Source: Verrucomicrobiales bacterium (GTDB taxonomy: Bacteria; Verrucomicrobiota; Verrucomicrobiia; Verrucomicrobiales; DEV007). Taken from it: a stretch of DNA of 38,804 nt. This document shows, one piece after another, positions 26,956 through 35,686 of this stretch. Every line of letters starts with the position of its first letter. The stretch's first letter is position 1. Where the stretch lies: assembly GCA_002696885.1 (NCBI GenBank), contig NZSO01000026.1:1-38804 (forward strand), in the 5' to 3' direction. Under the pieces are notes generated by a model. It had not been told where the DNA came from and did not search any database. It saw only the letters and a program-made list of their open reading frames with translations. The position numbers were made by a program, and so were the translations under genes.

Positions 26956-28035
26956 ATGAAGGTTACACCATTAATTATAACAAAAGTAATTCAGGGAATT
27001 GGTTACTTAAGTTTGAACCGGCCTGCTGCTTTAAATGCTTTAAATCAAGAAATGGTTGATGCTATCCATTACTATCTTGATGAATGGGAGAAATCCGAAG
27101 ATGTAAATGTAGTGGTTTTAAAGAGCACATCTCCAAATTTCTTTTGCGCTGGTGGAGATATCAAAGCTCTTTACCATCATTATAAAAACAATGAACTTGC
27201 CACCATTGAAAAATTTTATACGCGTGAATATGCATTAAACCAAAAGCTATCTGCATATACAAAGCCTACCATTGCTATTGGTTCTGGGCTTGTTATGGGC
27301 GGTGGGCTTGGATTGGTACAGCAATGTGATTATCGACTTGTTACCGAAAATTCTGAATGGGCGATGCCAGAAACAGCCATTGGTTTTTTTCCAGATGTTG
27401 GTGCGATATGGTTTTTAAATAAGTGCCCGGGCTATACGGGTTGGCTGATGGCTTTAAGTGGGTGTAGAGCGAATGCTGCAGATATTATGTACACAGTGCT
27501 TGGCACACATTTTTTATCTTCTGAAACACTAGAGGTTTTTTATCAAGGTCTTGAAAAAGCACCAACACATACAGATGCACGCGCGTGTATTGATATCCTG
27601 CTTGAAAACATGTCAACCACACCCCAAATGGAAAGTCCAATCAGCCACTTCCGGCAAGAAATAGATACATTCTTATCAGAGGAGGATTTATCCATTTCTC
27701 TTAATGCTTTTGAGCTTTTGTTATCACAAAAGTTGGGAAAATCTGAAAAGCAATGGCTTGAGAATGTGGGCCAAGGGTTTGCAAATGCAAGCCCATTGAG
27801 TTTAGTTGTAACACATCAATATCTAAAAAAAATGAGGTCTGCTTCTTTAAGTGCTGTTTTTGAAACAGACCGTAAGCTGGCTAATTTATTTTTAGATCAT
27901 GGAGATTTTATTGAGGGTGTTCGTGCTAAATTGATTGATCGTGATGGTATGCCAAAATGGCTAAACGCTGATTTATACGACGTTTCTGTACAGGATTTGG
28001 AACCTTTTATGAATGCTTTAAATGAAAAAAATTGA
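26956..28035 (+). CDS. Enoyl-CoA hydratase/isomerase superfamily protein, 3-hydroxyisobutyryl-CoA hydrolase-like
   Basis: FCAGGDIKAL, GLVMGGGLGL, AMPETAIGFFPDVGA, plus the long C-terminal ECH_2-type extension. Start at ATG 26956, 1 nt after the recR stop. Confidence 0.8.
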   Translation: MKVTPLIITKVIQGIGYLSLNRPAALNALNQEMVDAIHYYLDEWEKSEDVNVVVLKSTSPNFFCAGGDIKALYHHYKNNELATIEKFYTREYALNQKLSAYTKPTIAIGSGLVMGGGLGLVQQCDYRLVTENSEWAMPETAIGFFPDVGAIWFLNKCPGYTGWLMALSGCRANAADIMYTVLGTHFLSSETLEVFYQGLEKAPTHTDARACIDILLENMSTTPQMESPISHFRQEIDTFLSEEDLSISLNAFELLLSQKLGKSEKQWLENVGQGFANASPLSLVVTHQYLKKMRSASLSAVFETDRKLANLFLDHGDFIEGVRAKLIDRDGMPKWLNADLYDVSVQDLEPFMNALNEKN

Positions 28036-28894
28036 TATTTTTATGGCTCTTTTGGTAGCGGCTTCGTGGGGGGTGAATGCGCCAATTGTGAAAATGACCC
28101 TTCAAGAAATGCCTCTCTTTTTCTTTTGTACGATTAGGTCTGCTATACTCTCACTTCTTTTGTTGGCTTGTTATAAAACAGTCTATTCTTATAAAGCAAT
28201 CATATCGTTTTCTTTTTTGCATGGACTTAAAATCTCTTTCCTTTATGGTTCTGTTTTCATTGGCCTGTCCGCGGGTTTGTCGACTGTGATTTTACAAACG
28301 CAGTCAATATTTGCTGTTTTACTAGCTGTTATTTTCTTTAGGGAGCGCATTTTTGCAAATCAAATAATTGGCTTACTTATATCGTTTTGTGGTGTTGCGT
28401 TGATTAGTCGTGAAGCTTTAAGCCTGGCAAGTTATCTTGGGTTTGCCTACGCGCTTTTATCGGCAGTAGCTGCAGGAGGCGCAATCATTACGCTTAGAAA
28501 TTATAAAAAAGTGAGTATTACACAAGGCCTCGCCTTTGTTGGATGGTTTAACCTTTTTTCAATTATCCCTTTCTTGATTATTTCTTTGATTTTTGAAGGT
28601 CTTCACCCATGGCAAAGCTTCTTTGAGATAATCACAAAAGCCCGTGTTTTGATTCTTTTATTGCTGGGAGCTTTAACCGTAATTTTTGCATATGTCTTTT
28701 TAGCTTTGGTTTTAGCGCGAAATGAAACCATTAAGGTTTCTGGATATTTGCTGTTAACGCCTGTATTTGGATTGCTTGCATCATACACATGTTTAAGCGA
28801 GGAATGTACGTCTTTAGCAATAATTGGCACAGGAATTATCATTGCAGGCCTTGCTATGAATCAAGGAGTATCTCTTAAAGGCATTAAGGGTTAG
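28022..28894 (+). CDS. EamA/DMT-superfamily transporter
   Basis: 290 aa, about 10 TM helices in two EamA-like halves (AASWGVNAPIVK... and the second half). The start is ambiguous: ATG 28022 overlaps the previous gene by 14 nt, and ATG 28043 is an alternative. Confidence 0.7.
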   Translation: MKKIDIFMALLVAASWGVNAPIVKMTLQEMPLFFFCTIRSAILSLLLLACYKTVYSYKAIISFSFLHGLKISFLYGSVFIGLSAGLSTVILQTQSIFAVLLAVIFFRERIFANQIIGLLISFCGVALISREALSLASYLGFAYALLSAVAAGGAIITLRNYKKVSITQGLAFVGWFNLFSIIPFLIISLIFEGLHPWQSFFEIITKARVLILLLLGALTVIFAYVFLALVLARNETIKVSGYLLLTPVFGLLASYTCLSEECTSLAIIGTGIIIAGLAMNQGVSLKGIKG

Positions 28895-29159
28895 GGCAAT
28901 AGTTCTGACATTGCGATGAGAGCTTATACCACTCATTGTAACAATTTTTTGAAGAAGAGTCGCAAATGCTTCCAAAGGCGTTGTAGAGAACTTGTAGGCA
29001 ATAAGAATGACTAAACTGACAATTAGAACAGCCTGCGCCACAAAAAGTATTAATCACATTGAAGTCAGAAGTTTTATTTAAGGTTATGTGATTGATGGAT
29101 GCGGAAAAGCTTGTAATTGGGTATATTAAAGCAATCAATATTAAGCAGGTAAACTTCAA
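28884..29159 (-). CDS. Putative small secreted cysteine-rich protein (TTG start)
   Basis: 91-aa ORF with signal peptide (M)KFTCLILIALIYPITSFSAS, then 8 Cys in about 70 aa (FCGAGCSNC...YC...IC...NC...QC..YC). It depends on a TTG start and a weak AGAG RBS, and it overlaps the EamA 3' end by 11 nt. Confidence 0.4.
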   Translation of the reverse strand: MKFTCLILIALIYPITSFSASINHITLNKTSDFNVINTFCGAGCSNCQFSHSYCLQVLYNAFGSICDSSSKNCYNEWYKLSSQCQNYCPNP

Positions 29160-29178
29160 CGAATGATCTCTTTTTTTG

Positions 29179-29835
29179 CTATCGTACCTCGAAAAGGGGA
29201 AGGCGTAAATTTATTCTCTCTTTATTCAGCATGTTTAGCAGAGGTTTTGTCTGTATGTATTGTTTAATTGAAGTGTTTTTTATGCATCTTACATAGAATA
29301 TGACAGGGCTGTTAGCCTTTCTAATTGGCAAAATCCGAAGTGATGTATGATCATGAGCCCATTTAATTTCTGTTTCTAAGCCTCCCCATTCAAAAGTTTG
29401 ACTTTTTCTCTTATCATTAAAGGTTTCTTGCGAGGTATATATCTTAATTTTTAATTTTTCCTGTATGGGTGGTTTTATTTCAGGCAGTATTGCTTTTGAG
29501 TGACTAAGATATGTTGTACTATTTAAGCTGTTAGGCTTTTTAAAATTAAAAAACTTATATGATATGGGGGCAAGCTGTGCACCAATCTTAACAGTTGGAG
29601 ATGGAATGATAATAGCAGATGGTTTTTTTAATTTTGCCTCAGCTCTTAAGGCGTAACGAGAAAGGGCGCGATCAATGCTTTGTTGAGATCGTTCAAGTAT
29701 TTTGCTTATTTCAGGTGCTTTAAATCCTTGCTGATAAAGCTTTTTAAGTTCTTTAACTTCGGATGTTTGCCAGTTTTTTCTCATAACAATTTTGTTTTTA
29801 TTTTTATTATTTAAAAACCATTTGTTTTTTTTCAA
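29179..29835 (-). CDS. Hypothetical protein with N-terminal GcrA/Myb-like helix-turn-helix
   Basis: WQTSEVKELKKLYQQGFKAPEISKILERSQQSIDRALSRYAL parallels the GcrA N-terminal pattern W-T-x-E-x3-LKKLW-x2-G-x-SA-x-QIA...R-x-AVIGK-x-HRL. The remainder is unrecognised. The true start may be the internal Met (MRKNWQ). Confidence 0.55.
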   Translation of the reverse strand: MKKNKWFLNNKNKNKIVMRKNWQTSEVKELKKLYQQGFKAPEISKILERSQQSIDRALSRYALRAEAKLKKPSAIIIPSPTVKIGAQLAPISYKFFNFKKPNSLNSTTYLSHSKAILPEIKPPIQEKLKIKIYTSQETFNDKRKSQTFEWGGLETEIKWAHDHTSLRILPIRKANSPVIFYVRCIKNTSIKQYIQTKPLLNMLNKERINLRLPLFEVR

Positions 29836-29886
29836 GGGTGGGAAATGAGTATTTTCATTAATGAGGGATACAGGCTATATTAATGT

Positions 29887-30672
29887 ATGACTTGGTTGGC
29901 TGTGTCTTTTTTTATTTTCCTCACCTTCTTTACTGTAGAAGCGCGGTCAAAAGATCAGCTGACGTTCTCTGCTTACAGAATGCCTCCATATGCAAATGAT
30001 GTATCTTTAGGAGGTGGTGTTTTTTCCTTATTAATAAAAGAAGTTTTTCAGAAATATGGAATAGAAACAAAAATTAAATTTTTTTCAGATAATTCTTGGC
30101 AAGAACTATTGGGAAATCAAGAGGTTGTAGGACACTTCCCTGTAATTGATTTAAAAGATATTTCTACGGACTATCCATTAAGGACTCATGTTATGGATGC
30201 AAAACTTTATATATATAGGCAAGTATCTAATCCATTAGCCCTAAAAATAGCTGGTCGAAAACCTCTTACACTAAAGTCAAAAAAGCATGATCGTTTATGT
30301 GTTCCTCAATATATCGTTGATATCAAAGGTTTTGAGGATAAACTAGCTCAACATAAGATTGATTATGATGTTGCTTTAAATACAGGTGATTGTAAGGCGC
30401 GAATTATTAGCGGTCGCAATCAATCAATGATTAGTGATGAGTTGCATGGGCTCTCAATAGGCTTAAATGTTGATAAAGAAGATTTGTTACAACTTGAGAA
30501 GGAATCTGCCCCCTTTCTTGTTGTTGGTATGTATGTCATATTCAATGAAAGTATCCCAGGCATAGAGGGCTTTAAAGCTTTTTTTGATAGGGAGTTGGCT
30601 AAAATGAAAAGCAATTATGGCTTTAAAGATATTATGACACGCTTCAATGAGTATTGGAGTATTGTTTACTAG
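29887..30672 (+). CDS. Hypothetical periplasmic protein, possibly family-3 solute-binding-like
   Basis: Signal peptide MTWLAVSFFIFLTFFTVEA. LTFSAYRMPPYAN and the overall ~260-aa size resemble SBP_bac_3-type proteins. The functional call is weak. Confidence 0.45.
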   Translation: MTWLAVSFFIFLTFFTVEARSKDQLTFSAYRMPPYANDVSLGGGVFSLLIKEVFQKYGIETKIKFFSDNSWQELLGNQEVVGHFPVIDLKDISTDYPLRTHVMDAKLYIYRQVSNPLALKIAGRKPLTLKSKKHDRLCVPQYIVDIKGFEDKLAQHKIDYDVALNTGDCKARIISGRNQSMISDELHGLSIGLNVDKEDLLQLEKESAPFLVVGMYVIFNESIPGIEGFKAFFDRELAKMKSNYGFKDIMTRFNEYWSIVY

Positions 30673-30680
30673 GAGTAAAT

Positions 30681-31577
30681 ATGACGGCTGAAAAAATTAA
30701 TTACTTTCCATCTTCGGACACCCTTAATGATTATATTCGACAAACACAAAAGTTTCCAATGCTTGAGCCTGAAGAAGAATACACACTTGCTAAGCAGTGG
30801 GTGGAAAACGAAGATAAAGAAGCACGAAAAAAATTAATTGAGAGCCATCTTAGGCTTGTTGTTAAAATAGCTTCTGGCTATAGGGGATATGGATTACCTC
30901 TTTCGGATCTTATCGCAGAAGGTAATTTAGGCCTTTTGCAAGCAACAAATAAATTTGATCCAGAAATGGGGAACCGATTTTCTACTTATGCACAATGGTG
31001 GATTAAGGCAGCTATTCAGGACTATGTTTTGAAGTCTTGGTCGCTCGTGAAAATTGGTACAACAGCAGCGCAAAAAAAACTTTTTTTTGGATTGAAAAAA
31101 ATCAAACATGTTTTGAAAATCAGGGATGATGGAGATCTTCTAGATGAACATGCAGAGAAAATTGCAGCTGAGCTTGATGTGCCTATTGCAGAAGTTAAAT
31201 CTATGCAACAAAGAATACAGTCTCATGACTCATCACTTAACAAACCAATCAAAGAAGAAGCTGGCGCAGGAGAGTGGCAAGATTGGTTGGAGTCTGAAGA
31301 TTATAACCAGGAAGAAAACTTGATTTCATCCACAGATCAAAATAAAAAATCTGAGCTAGTTCACGAAGCTATAAAAGTGCTTAACCCGCGTGAAAAGCAA
31401 ATTGTTATTGCACGCAAACTGGAAGAGCCCCCTAAAAAACTTGAAGAATTAGCAACGCATTATCAGCTTTCAAAAGAAAGGGTGAGGCAAATTGAATTAA
31501 AAGCCATGCATAAATTGCATCATTTTTTAGAAAACCATTTAAAAGACAATGAAAATCTTAGATACCTTGTTGAATAA
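30681..31577 (+). CDS. rpoH: RNA polymerase sigma-32 (heat-shock) factor RpoH
   Basis: Sigma-70 region 2 (LIESHLRLVVKIA, DLIAEGNLGLLQATNKFDPE, FSTYAQWWIKAAIQDYV), RpoH box TTAAQKKLFFGLKK, and region 4 (ELATHYQLSKERVRQIELKAMHKL). AGGAG lies upstream of ATG 30681. Confidence 0.9.
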   Translation: MTAEKINYFPSSDTLNDYIRQTQKFPMLEPEEEYTLAKQWVENEDKEARKKLIESHLRLVVKIASGYRGYGLPLSDLIAEGNLGLLQATNKFDPEMGNRFSTYAQWWIKAAIQDYVLKSWSLVKIGTTAAQKKLFFGLKKIKHVLKIRDDGDLLDEHAEKIAAELDVPIAEVKSMQQRIQSHDSSLNKPIKEEAGAGEWQDWLESEDYNQEENLISSTDQNKKSELVHEAIKVLNPREKQIVIARKLEEPPKKLEELATHYQLSKERVRQIELKAMHKLHHFLENHLKDNENLRYLVE

Positions 31578-31580
31578 CAA

Positions 31581-32597
31581 ATGTCTGACCTTCATTTAAA
31601 TAATGATTATGAAATTGATAGGCGATTAAAAACGATTGTTGAGCCTAAAAAAGATCAAACATTTTTAAAATATTTTCTAGGTTTCTCTGGTATTGCTTTT
31701 ATTATCATTTTGTTTGGAATGCTGTATTGGCAGTATAATGTCCAATCTTACAAACATAAATGTTTATCACAAAAGCTATACAGTGAAGAAAAGCTGAAAA
31801 ACTCTTATGATATCCCTGAACATAGGCCTGCACAACAAGAGGAGCAATCACTTGTTAATTATGGCAGGGATATTGAAACGCAAGAGAGTAAAATTATATT
31901 TAATGACCTTAATCCAATTATTAAAGATGTTATTAGTAAAAGAGAGAATACCTTTTCTCATTCAATAAAGTCATTCACTAGTGGGAAGACAAAAGGTGTA
32001 ACCCAGATCAATAAAAGTAAAAAATTAGCTCCAGCAAAAACAAAAATAGATGGAGTTGCTGTTTATGCTTCGTCAAAAAAGCAGTTGGAAAACCTGGCTA
32101 AATTAAATGAGCTTGTTAGGGTTATTGTTCCATTTGAAAAGCTGGATGATCCATTGTTTTTACAAGCTGTGAAAAAAAGTGGGCTTTTTATAATTGTTGA
32201 TATTCCTATGGAAGCAAAAACTGTGGTAAATAAAGTCGCTTTAAAAACAACCCTTGGAAGAGTGGGGGTAGAAAAGGTCATTAAAGATATACAAGCCAAA
32301 GTTCCTAAATTAGTGGGCATAAGCAACCGCATGGGGAGCAAGTTTTTAGGTGATAAGAAATCAGTTGAGGCTTTTATTGGAGCGCTTTCTAAGTATAAGC
32401 TCTTTTTTGTGCATCATCGTAATGGACCCTACAGAATAGACCAAGTAGCAAAAAATAATAACGTGCAAGTTTTCAATGCAAAATCTGTGAAAAATTCAGA
32501 GAAAATAAAGAAAAATAAGAATTTAGGGATGATGAATATTCTACCCTATTCAAAGAAAAATTTTGCATCAATAAAAACATTGAGCGCTGGTAAATGA
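31581..32597 (+). CDS. YibQ-like divergent polysaccharide deacetylase family protein (single N-terminal TM; motifs partly degenerate)
   Basis: The C-terminal half resembles the YibQ family: FIIVDIPME and GISNRMGSKFLGD...FIGALSKYKLFFVHHR (family consensus as I recall it: HLPME, NHMGS...GLFFLDSRT). The N-terminus has a TM helix FLGFSGIAFIIILFGMLYW. Confidence 0.55.
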   Translation: MSDLHLNNDYEIDRRLKTIVEPKKDQTFLKYFLGFSGIAFIIILFGMLYWQYNVQSYKHKCLSQKLYSEEKLKNSYDIPEHRPAQQEEQSLVNYGRDIETQESKIIFNDLNPIIKDVISKRENTFSHSIKSFTSGKTKGVTQINKSKKLAPAKTKIDGVAVYASSKKQLENLAKLNELVRVIVPFEKLDDPLFLQAVKKSGLFIIVDIPMEAKTVVNKVALKTTLGRVGVEKVIKDIQAKVPKLVGISNRMGSKFLGDKKSVEAFIGALSKYKLFFVHHRNGPYRIDQVAKNNNVQVFNAKSVKNSEKIKKNKNLGMMNILPYSKKNFASIKTLSAGK

Positions 32598-32848
32598 GCA
32601 AAGAAATTCTTCCAGATCATTTTCATGCAGAAATGATTGATAGCTTGCCTAAAAAACGATCTATCAACTTATATGGACACCCGACAAGTTTAACCATGGA
32701 GCCGTATTTTTGGAAACAGCTAAATCAAATTGCTATTGAAAAAGAAACCAGTGTGCAGAAAATTATAGAGGCCATTGACCAACTGCAACCTAGAAATCTC
32801 TCTGCTGCTTTAAGGGTTTATGTCTTGCTAGAAAAATCAAAAAGTTAG
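32594..32848 (+). CDS. Ribbon-helix-helix (RHH_4-type) domain protein
   Basis: INLYGHPTSLTMEPYFWKQLNQIAIEKETSVQKIIEAID...NLSAALRVYVL matches the alphaproteobacterial RHH_4 pattern (GH.TS..LE..FW..L..IA......L...ID....NLSSA.RVFVL). ATGA overlap with the upstream gene. Confidence 0.7.
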   Translation: MSKEILPDHFHAEMIDSLPKKRSINLYGHPTSLTMEPYFWKQLNQIAIEKETSVQKIIEAIDQLQPRNLSAALRVYVLLEKSKS

Positions 32849-32923
32849 AATTGCCGGGTGTCTTCTCTGCAAGTGTTTATTTAGCGCTTGGTAATTTAGT
32901 AAAACTGAATTATTGTGCGACTT

Positions 32924-33628
32924 ATGCTAACGCAAAGACAACTTGAGCTCCTAAAGTTTATTCATAAATACTCAGGTCTTCATCATGTTTCCCCTAATTA
33001 TGATGAGATGAAAGAGCATTTAAACCTAAAATCAAAATCTGCGATTCACTCACTTGTTTCTGCCCTGGTTTCAAAAGGGTATTTAGAACGTTTACCAAAT
33101 CAAGCCCGCGCCCTCAGAATCGTTAGATTTCCTGAGGTGACGTCTCTTGACGGTCAACAAACTTTTAGGGGTGATAATGTGCTTGAAGGTGGTAAAGTAA
33201 GCGATACACTTAACATTAAAAATAATTCTCAAGTTCGCATCTCTTTTCATGGGCATATAGCAGCTGGAATGCCGCTCACTGTTTTTGAAAACCCTGAAGA
33301 GACCATCGAAATTCCCGATTCATTTGTTATGACAAGTGATAAAGATAATTATTTTGCGTTAAGAATTGTTGGACAGTCTATGATAGAGGCCGGAATTCTT
33401 GATGGTGATGTTGTTATTATGTTGAAAACCAGCAAGGTTGTGTCTGGTGATATTGTTGCTGCATTAATTGATTCTGATGAAGTTACGCTTAAACGGTTGC
33501 GAGTTTTAGACTCAGAAAGTGATAAAGTTTGCCTAGAAGCTGCGAATCGAGATTTTGTTGATCAGGTGTATCATTCATCACGTGTGATGATTATCGGCAA
33601 GTTAGCGCACTTAATTAGAAAATATTAG
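32924..33628 (+). CDS. lexA: LexA repressor (long alphaproteobacterial form)
   Basis: MLTQRQLELLKFI winged-helix N-terminus, an inserted linker, an AG cleavage site in HIAAGMP, and S24 peptidase motifs LRIVGQSMIEAGILDGD and TLKRL. Confidence 0.9.
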   Translation: MLTQRQLELLKFIHKYSGLHHVSPNYDEMKEHLNLKSKSAIHSLVSALVSKGYLERLPNQARALRIVRFPEVTSLDGQQTFRGDNVLEGGKVSDTLNIKNNSQVRISFHGHIAAGMPLTVFENPEETIEIPDSFVMTSDKDNYFALRIVGQSMIEAGILDGDVVIMLKTSKVVSGDIVAALIDSDEVTLKRLRVLDSESDKVCLEAANRDFVDQVYHSSRVMIIGKLAHLIRKY

Positions 33629-33641
33629 AGGTAGAAACAAA

Positions 33642-33661
33642 GAAGAAAATATTTTCTTTTT
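33642..33661 (+). terminator. AT-rich palindrome plus T-run after lexA (weak terminator candidate)
   Basis: AAGAAAATATTTTCTT perfect palindrome followed by TTTT. There is only one G:C pair per arm, so stability is low. Confidence 0.3.
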
Positions 33662-33711
33662 GGTCTTGAGAAGCTTTTTGCTACTATTTTTATATTAGAC
33701 ATACCTAGATT

Positions 33712-35166
33712 TTGCAATTGGATACACAAAAAATACTTAGAATTATTGGGGTTTATTGGCTGGTATTTTTTGCAGCCATGTTACCTTCAGCCCTTTTAGC
33801 AGGCTATAATAATAGCCCGGATATGGTTGTTTTCTCTATCTGTTTTGTTGTGGGTGTTTTGGTTAGTTTATTTCTTGTTTTCACTAATCCTTTCAACGGT
33901 AAATCAAAACTGGATGTACAAGGATCATATCTTGTTACTTTAGGTGTTTGGCTTTCGACTGCTTTGATTGGGGCAATTCCATTTATATTCGGTTCTCTGA
34001 AACTGGAAGTTATTGATGCACTTTTTCAATCTGTATCAATGATTACAACAACTGGTGCAAATGTAATTGTAGACGTTGAAAGTGCTGATAAATCACTAAT
34101 ATTGTGGTGCTGTATTATGCAATGGTTAGGGGGTAAGGGGATTATTATCATGGCGTTGATATTGATTCCAGCAGGGCAAGCTAATCACTTAAGCTTGATC
34201 CAATCAGAGACTATTGATGAAATAGAGAAGGTAACTCCGCGGCTATTTAATACTATTCTTCAAATTTTTTATTTGTATGTTTTTCTTACGGTTGTTTGTG
34301 CTTTTCTGTTTAACCTAGAGGGCATGAGCTTGTTTGAGGCGGTTTGCCATGCCTTAACAACATTATCCACAGGTGGATTCTCAACATGGAATCAGTCGAT
34401 ACAGTATGTTACAAGCCCAACCATTCAAATGACTTTTTGTTTTTTTATGTTTTTAGGTGCGGCTAATTTTTTAAGTTTATTGCTTATTAAAAAAAATGGC
34501 ATAAGGAGCTTTTTCAGAGAGCATCAGATTTTAGGATTTTTAAAAATATTTTTACTGGCAGTTTTTTTAGTAACTGTCTGGCGTTTTTTACAAAGCAGCG
34601 AAAACTTCGATTCTATATTTGTTCAGTCACTTTTCAATGTTATGTCTGCTCTTTCAACTACGGGCTTTGTGACAGCTGACTATTCTAATTGGGGTGGACT
34701 TGCTTTAATGATTTTCTTTTTTCTGCCTATGATTGGGGGATGCACAGGTTCTACCTCTGGCGGAATAAAAATATATCGTTTGCAAATCTTGTTAGCCAGT
34801 GTTTTAGCTCAACTTAAAAGGGTGCGCTGGCCAAGCGGTGTGTTTACGCCAAGGTTATATGGGAAACCTATAGATGATAGTGTTATTTCAACAGTAACAA
34901 ATTTTTTCTTTTTATATTTTCTAACGATGGCTTGTCTTTGTCTGCTGGCTGGTCTTGTTGACCTTGATTTCTTAACAACAATATCAGGCGTGGTTGCAAC
35001 ATTAACAAATTTGGGGCCAGGATTAGGTGAGGTTATTGGCCCTAATTCAACTTATTTTAGCATCCCGAGTCCTGGTAAGATTGTTTTTATTTTGTCTATG
35101 TTGCTGGGCCGCTTAGAGTTAATTATATTCTTTGTCGTGGTTATGCCGCAGTTCTGGAAGCGCTAG
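33712..35166 (+). CDS. trkH: TrkH-family potassium uptake protein
   Basis: 484 aa, multi-TM, with repeated pore-loop-like motifs MITTTGAN, TLSTGGFS, ALSTTGFV, GCTGSTSGGIK. TTG start at 33712 (ATG 33778 is an alternative). Confidence 0.85.
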   Translation: MQLDTQKILRIIGVYWLVFFAAMLPSALLAGYNNSPDMVVFSICFVVGVLVSLFLVFTNPFNGKSKLDVQGSYLVTLGVWLSTALIGAIPFIFGSLKLEVIDALFQSVSMITTTGANVIVDVESADKSLILWCCIMQWLGGKGIIIMALILIPAGQANHLSLIQSETIDEIEKVTPRLFNTILQIFYLYVFLTVVCAFLFNLEGMSLFEAVCHALTTLSTGGFSTWNQSIQYVTSPTIQMTFCFFMFLGAANFLSLLLIKKNGIRSFFREHQILGFLKIFLLAVFLVTVWRFLQSSENFDSIFVQSLFNVMSALSTTGFVTADYSNWGGLALMIFFFLPMIGGCTGSTSGGIKIYRLQILLASVLAQLKRVRWPSGVFTPRLYGKPIDDSVISTVTNFFFLYFLTMACLCLLAGLVDLDFLTTISGVVATLTNLGPGLGEVIGPNSTYFSIPSPGKIVFILSMLLGRLELIIFFVVVMPQFWKR

Positions 35167-35606
35167 TATAAGTTTGTAATTGAGGGTGGAAACTGAACTT
35201 GATTTTTATAATACAAAAGCAAATCAACCAAACTTTGTGGGTCATGGCTCACTTTACGTTTTTGTAAATATCCAGCAATATTGTGATTGTAAGCTGTGTT
35301 GATATCATCCCAGTGGTTTGAAGATGATAAAACAAAAACAACCAGCTTTTTATATAAATCATCTTGACGTATTTTAGATAGAAACTCAAATCCGGTCATA
35401 ACTGGCATTTTTAAATCTAAAAGTGTAACAACAGGCGTGACCTCAAGATTACATATATTTGATTCAAGGTAATGAATAGCTTCCGCGCCATTTTTGCACC
35501 AAATGATATTGATGGTTTCCTTGTGCCCCTTTAAGCTTCTTTTGATAAATTCGGCATCAGTATCGTCATCTTCAACAAGCAATAGGTTTATTGGATTGTC
35601 ATTCAT
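35163..35606 (-). CDS. Stand-alone response-regulator receiver domain protein (CheY-like)
   Basis: LLVEDDDTDAEFI, phospho-acceptor LLDLKMPVMTGFEFL, VVFVLSSS, and K in GYLQKR. 147 aa with no output domain. Confidence 0.8.
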   Translation of the reverse strand: MNDNPINLLLVEDDDTDAEFIKRSLKGHKETINIIWCKNGAEAIHYLESNICNLEVTPVVTLLDLKMPVMTGFEFLSKIRQDDLYKKLVVFVLSSSNHWDDINTAYNHNIAGYLQKRKVSHDPQSLVDLLLYYKNQVQFPPSITNLY

Positions 35607-35686
35607 TGTAAAGCTGTCCCAATGTTTGTTTTTATTGTTATCTAATATTTACCTTTTGTAAATATTGGACACTTCACTATCTTCCA

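Noticed and set aside
28814-29041. Alternative 75-aa minus-strand ORF overlapping the cysteine-rich ORF in another frame
   Set aside because: It has no signal peptide or motif and overlaps the EamA gene more extensively. The 28884..29159 frame has a coherent signal peptide plus a cysteine pattern, so it is preferred, still at low confidence.
35161-35168. Convergent trkH and response-regulator genes share their stop codons in a CTAG palindrome (35163-35166)
   Set aside because: This is real in the sequence but most likely a by-product of genome compaction. It carries no functional implication beyond the absence of an intergenic terminator.
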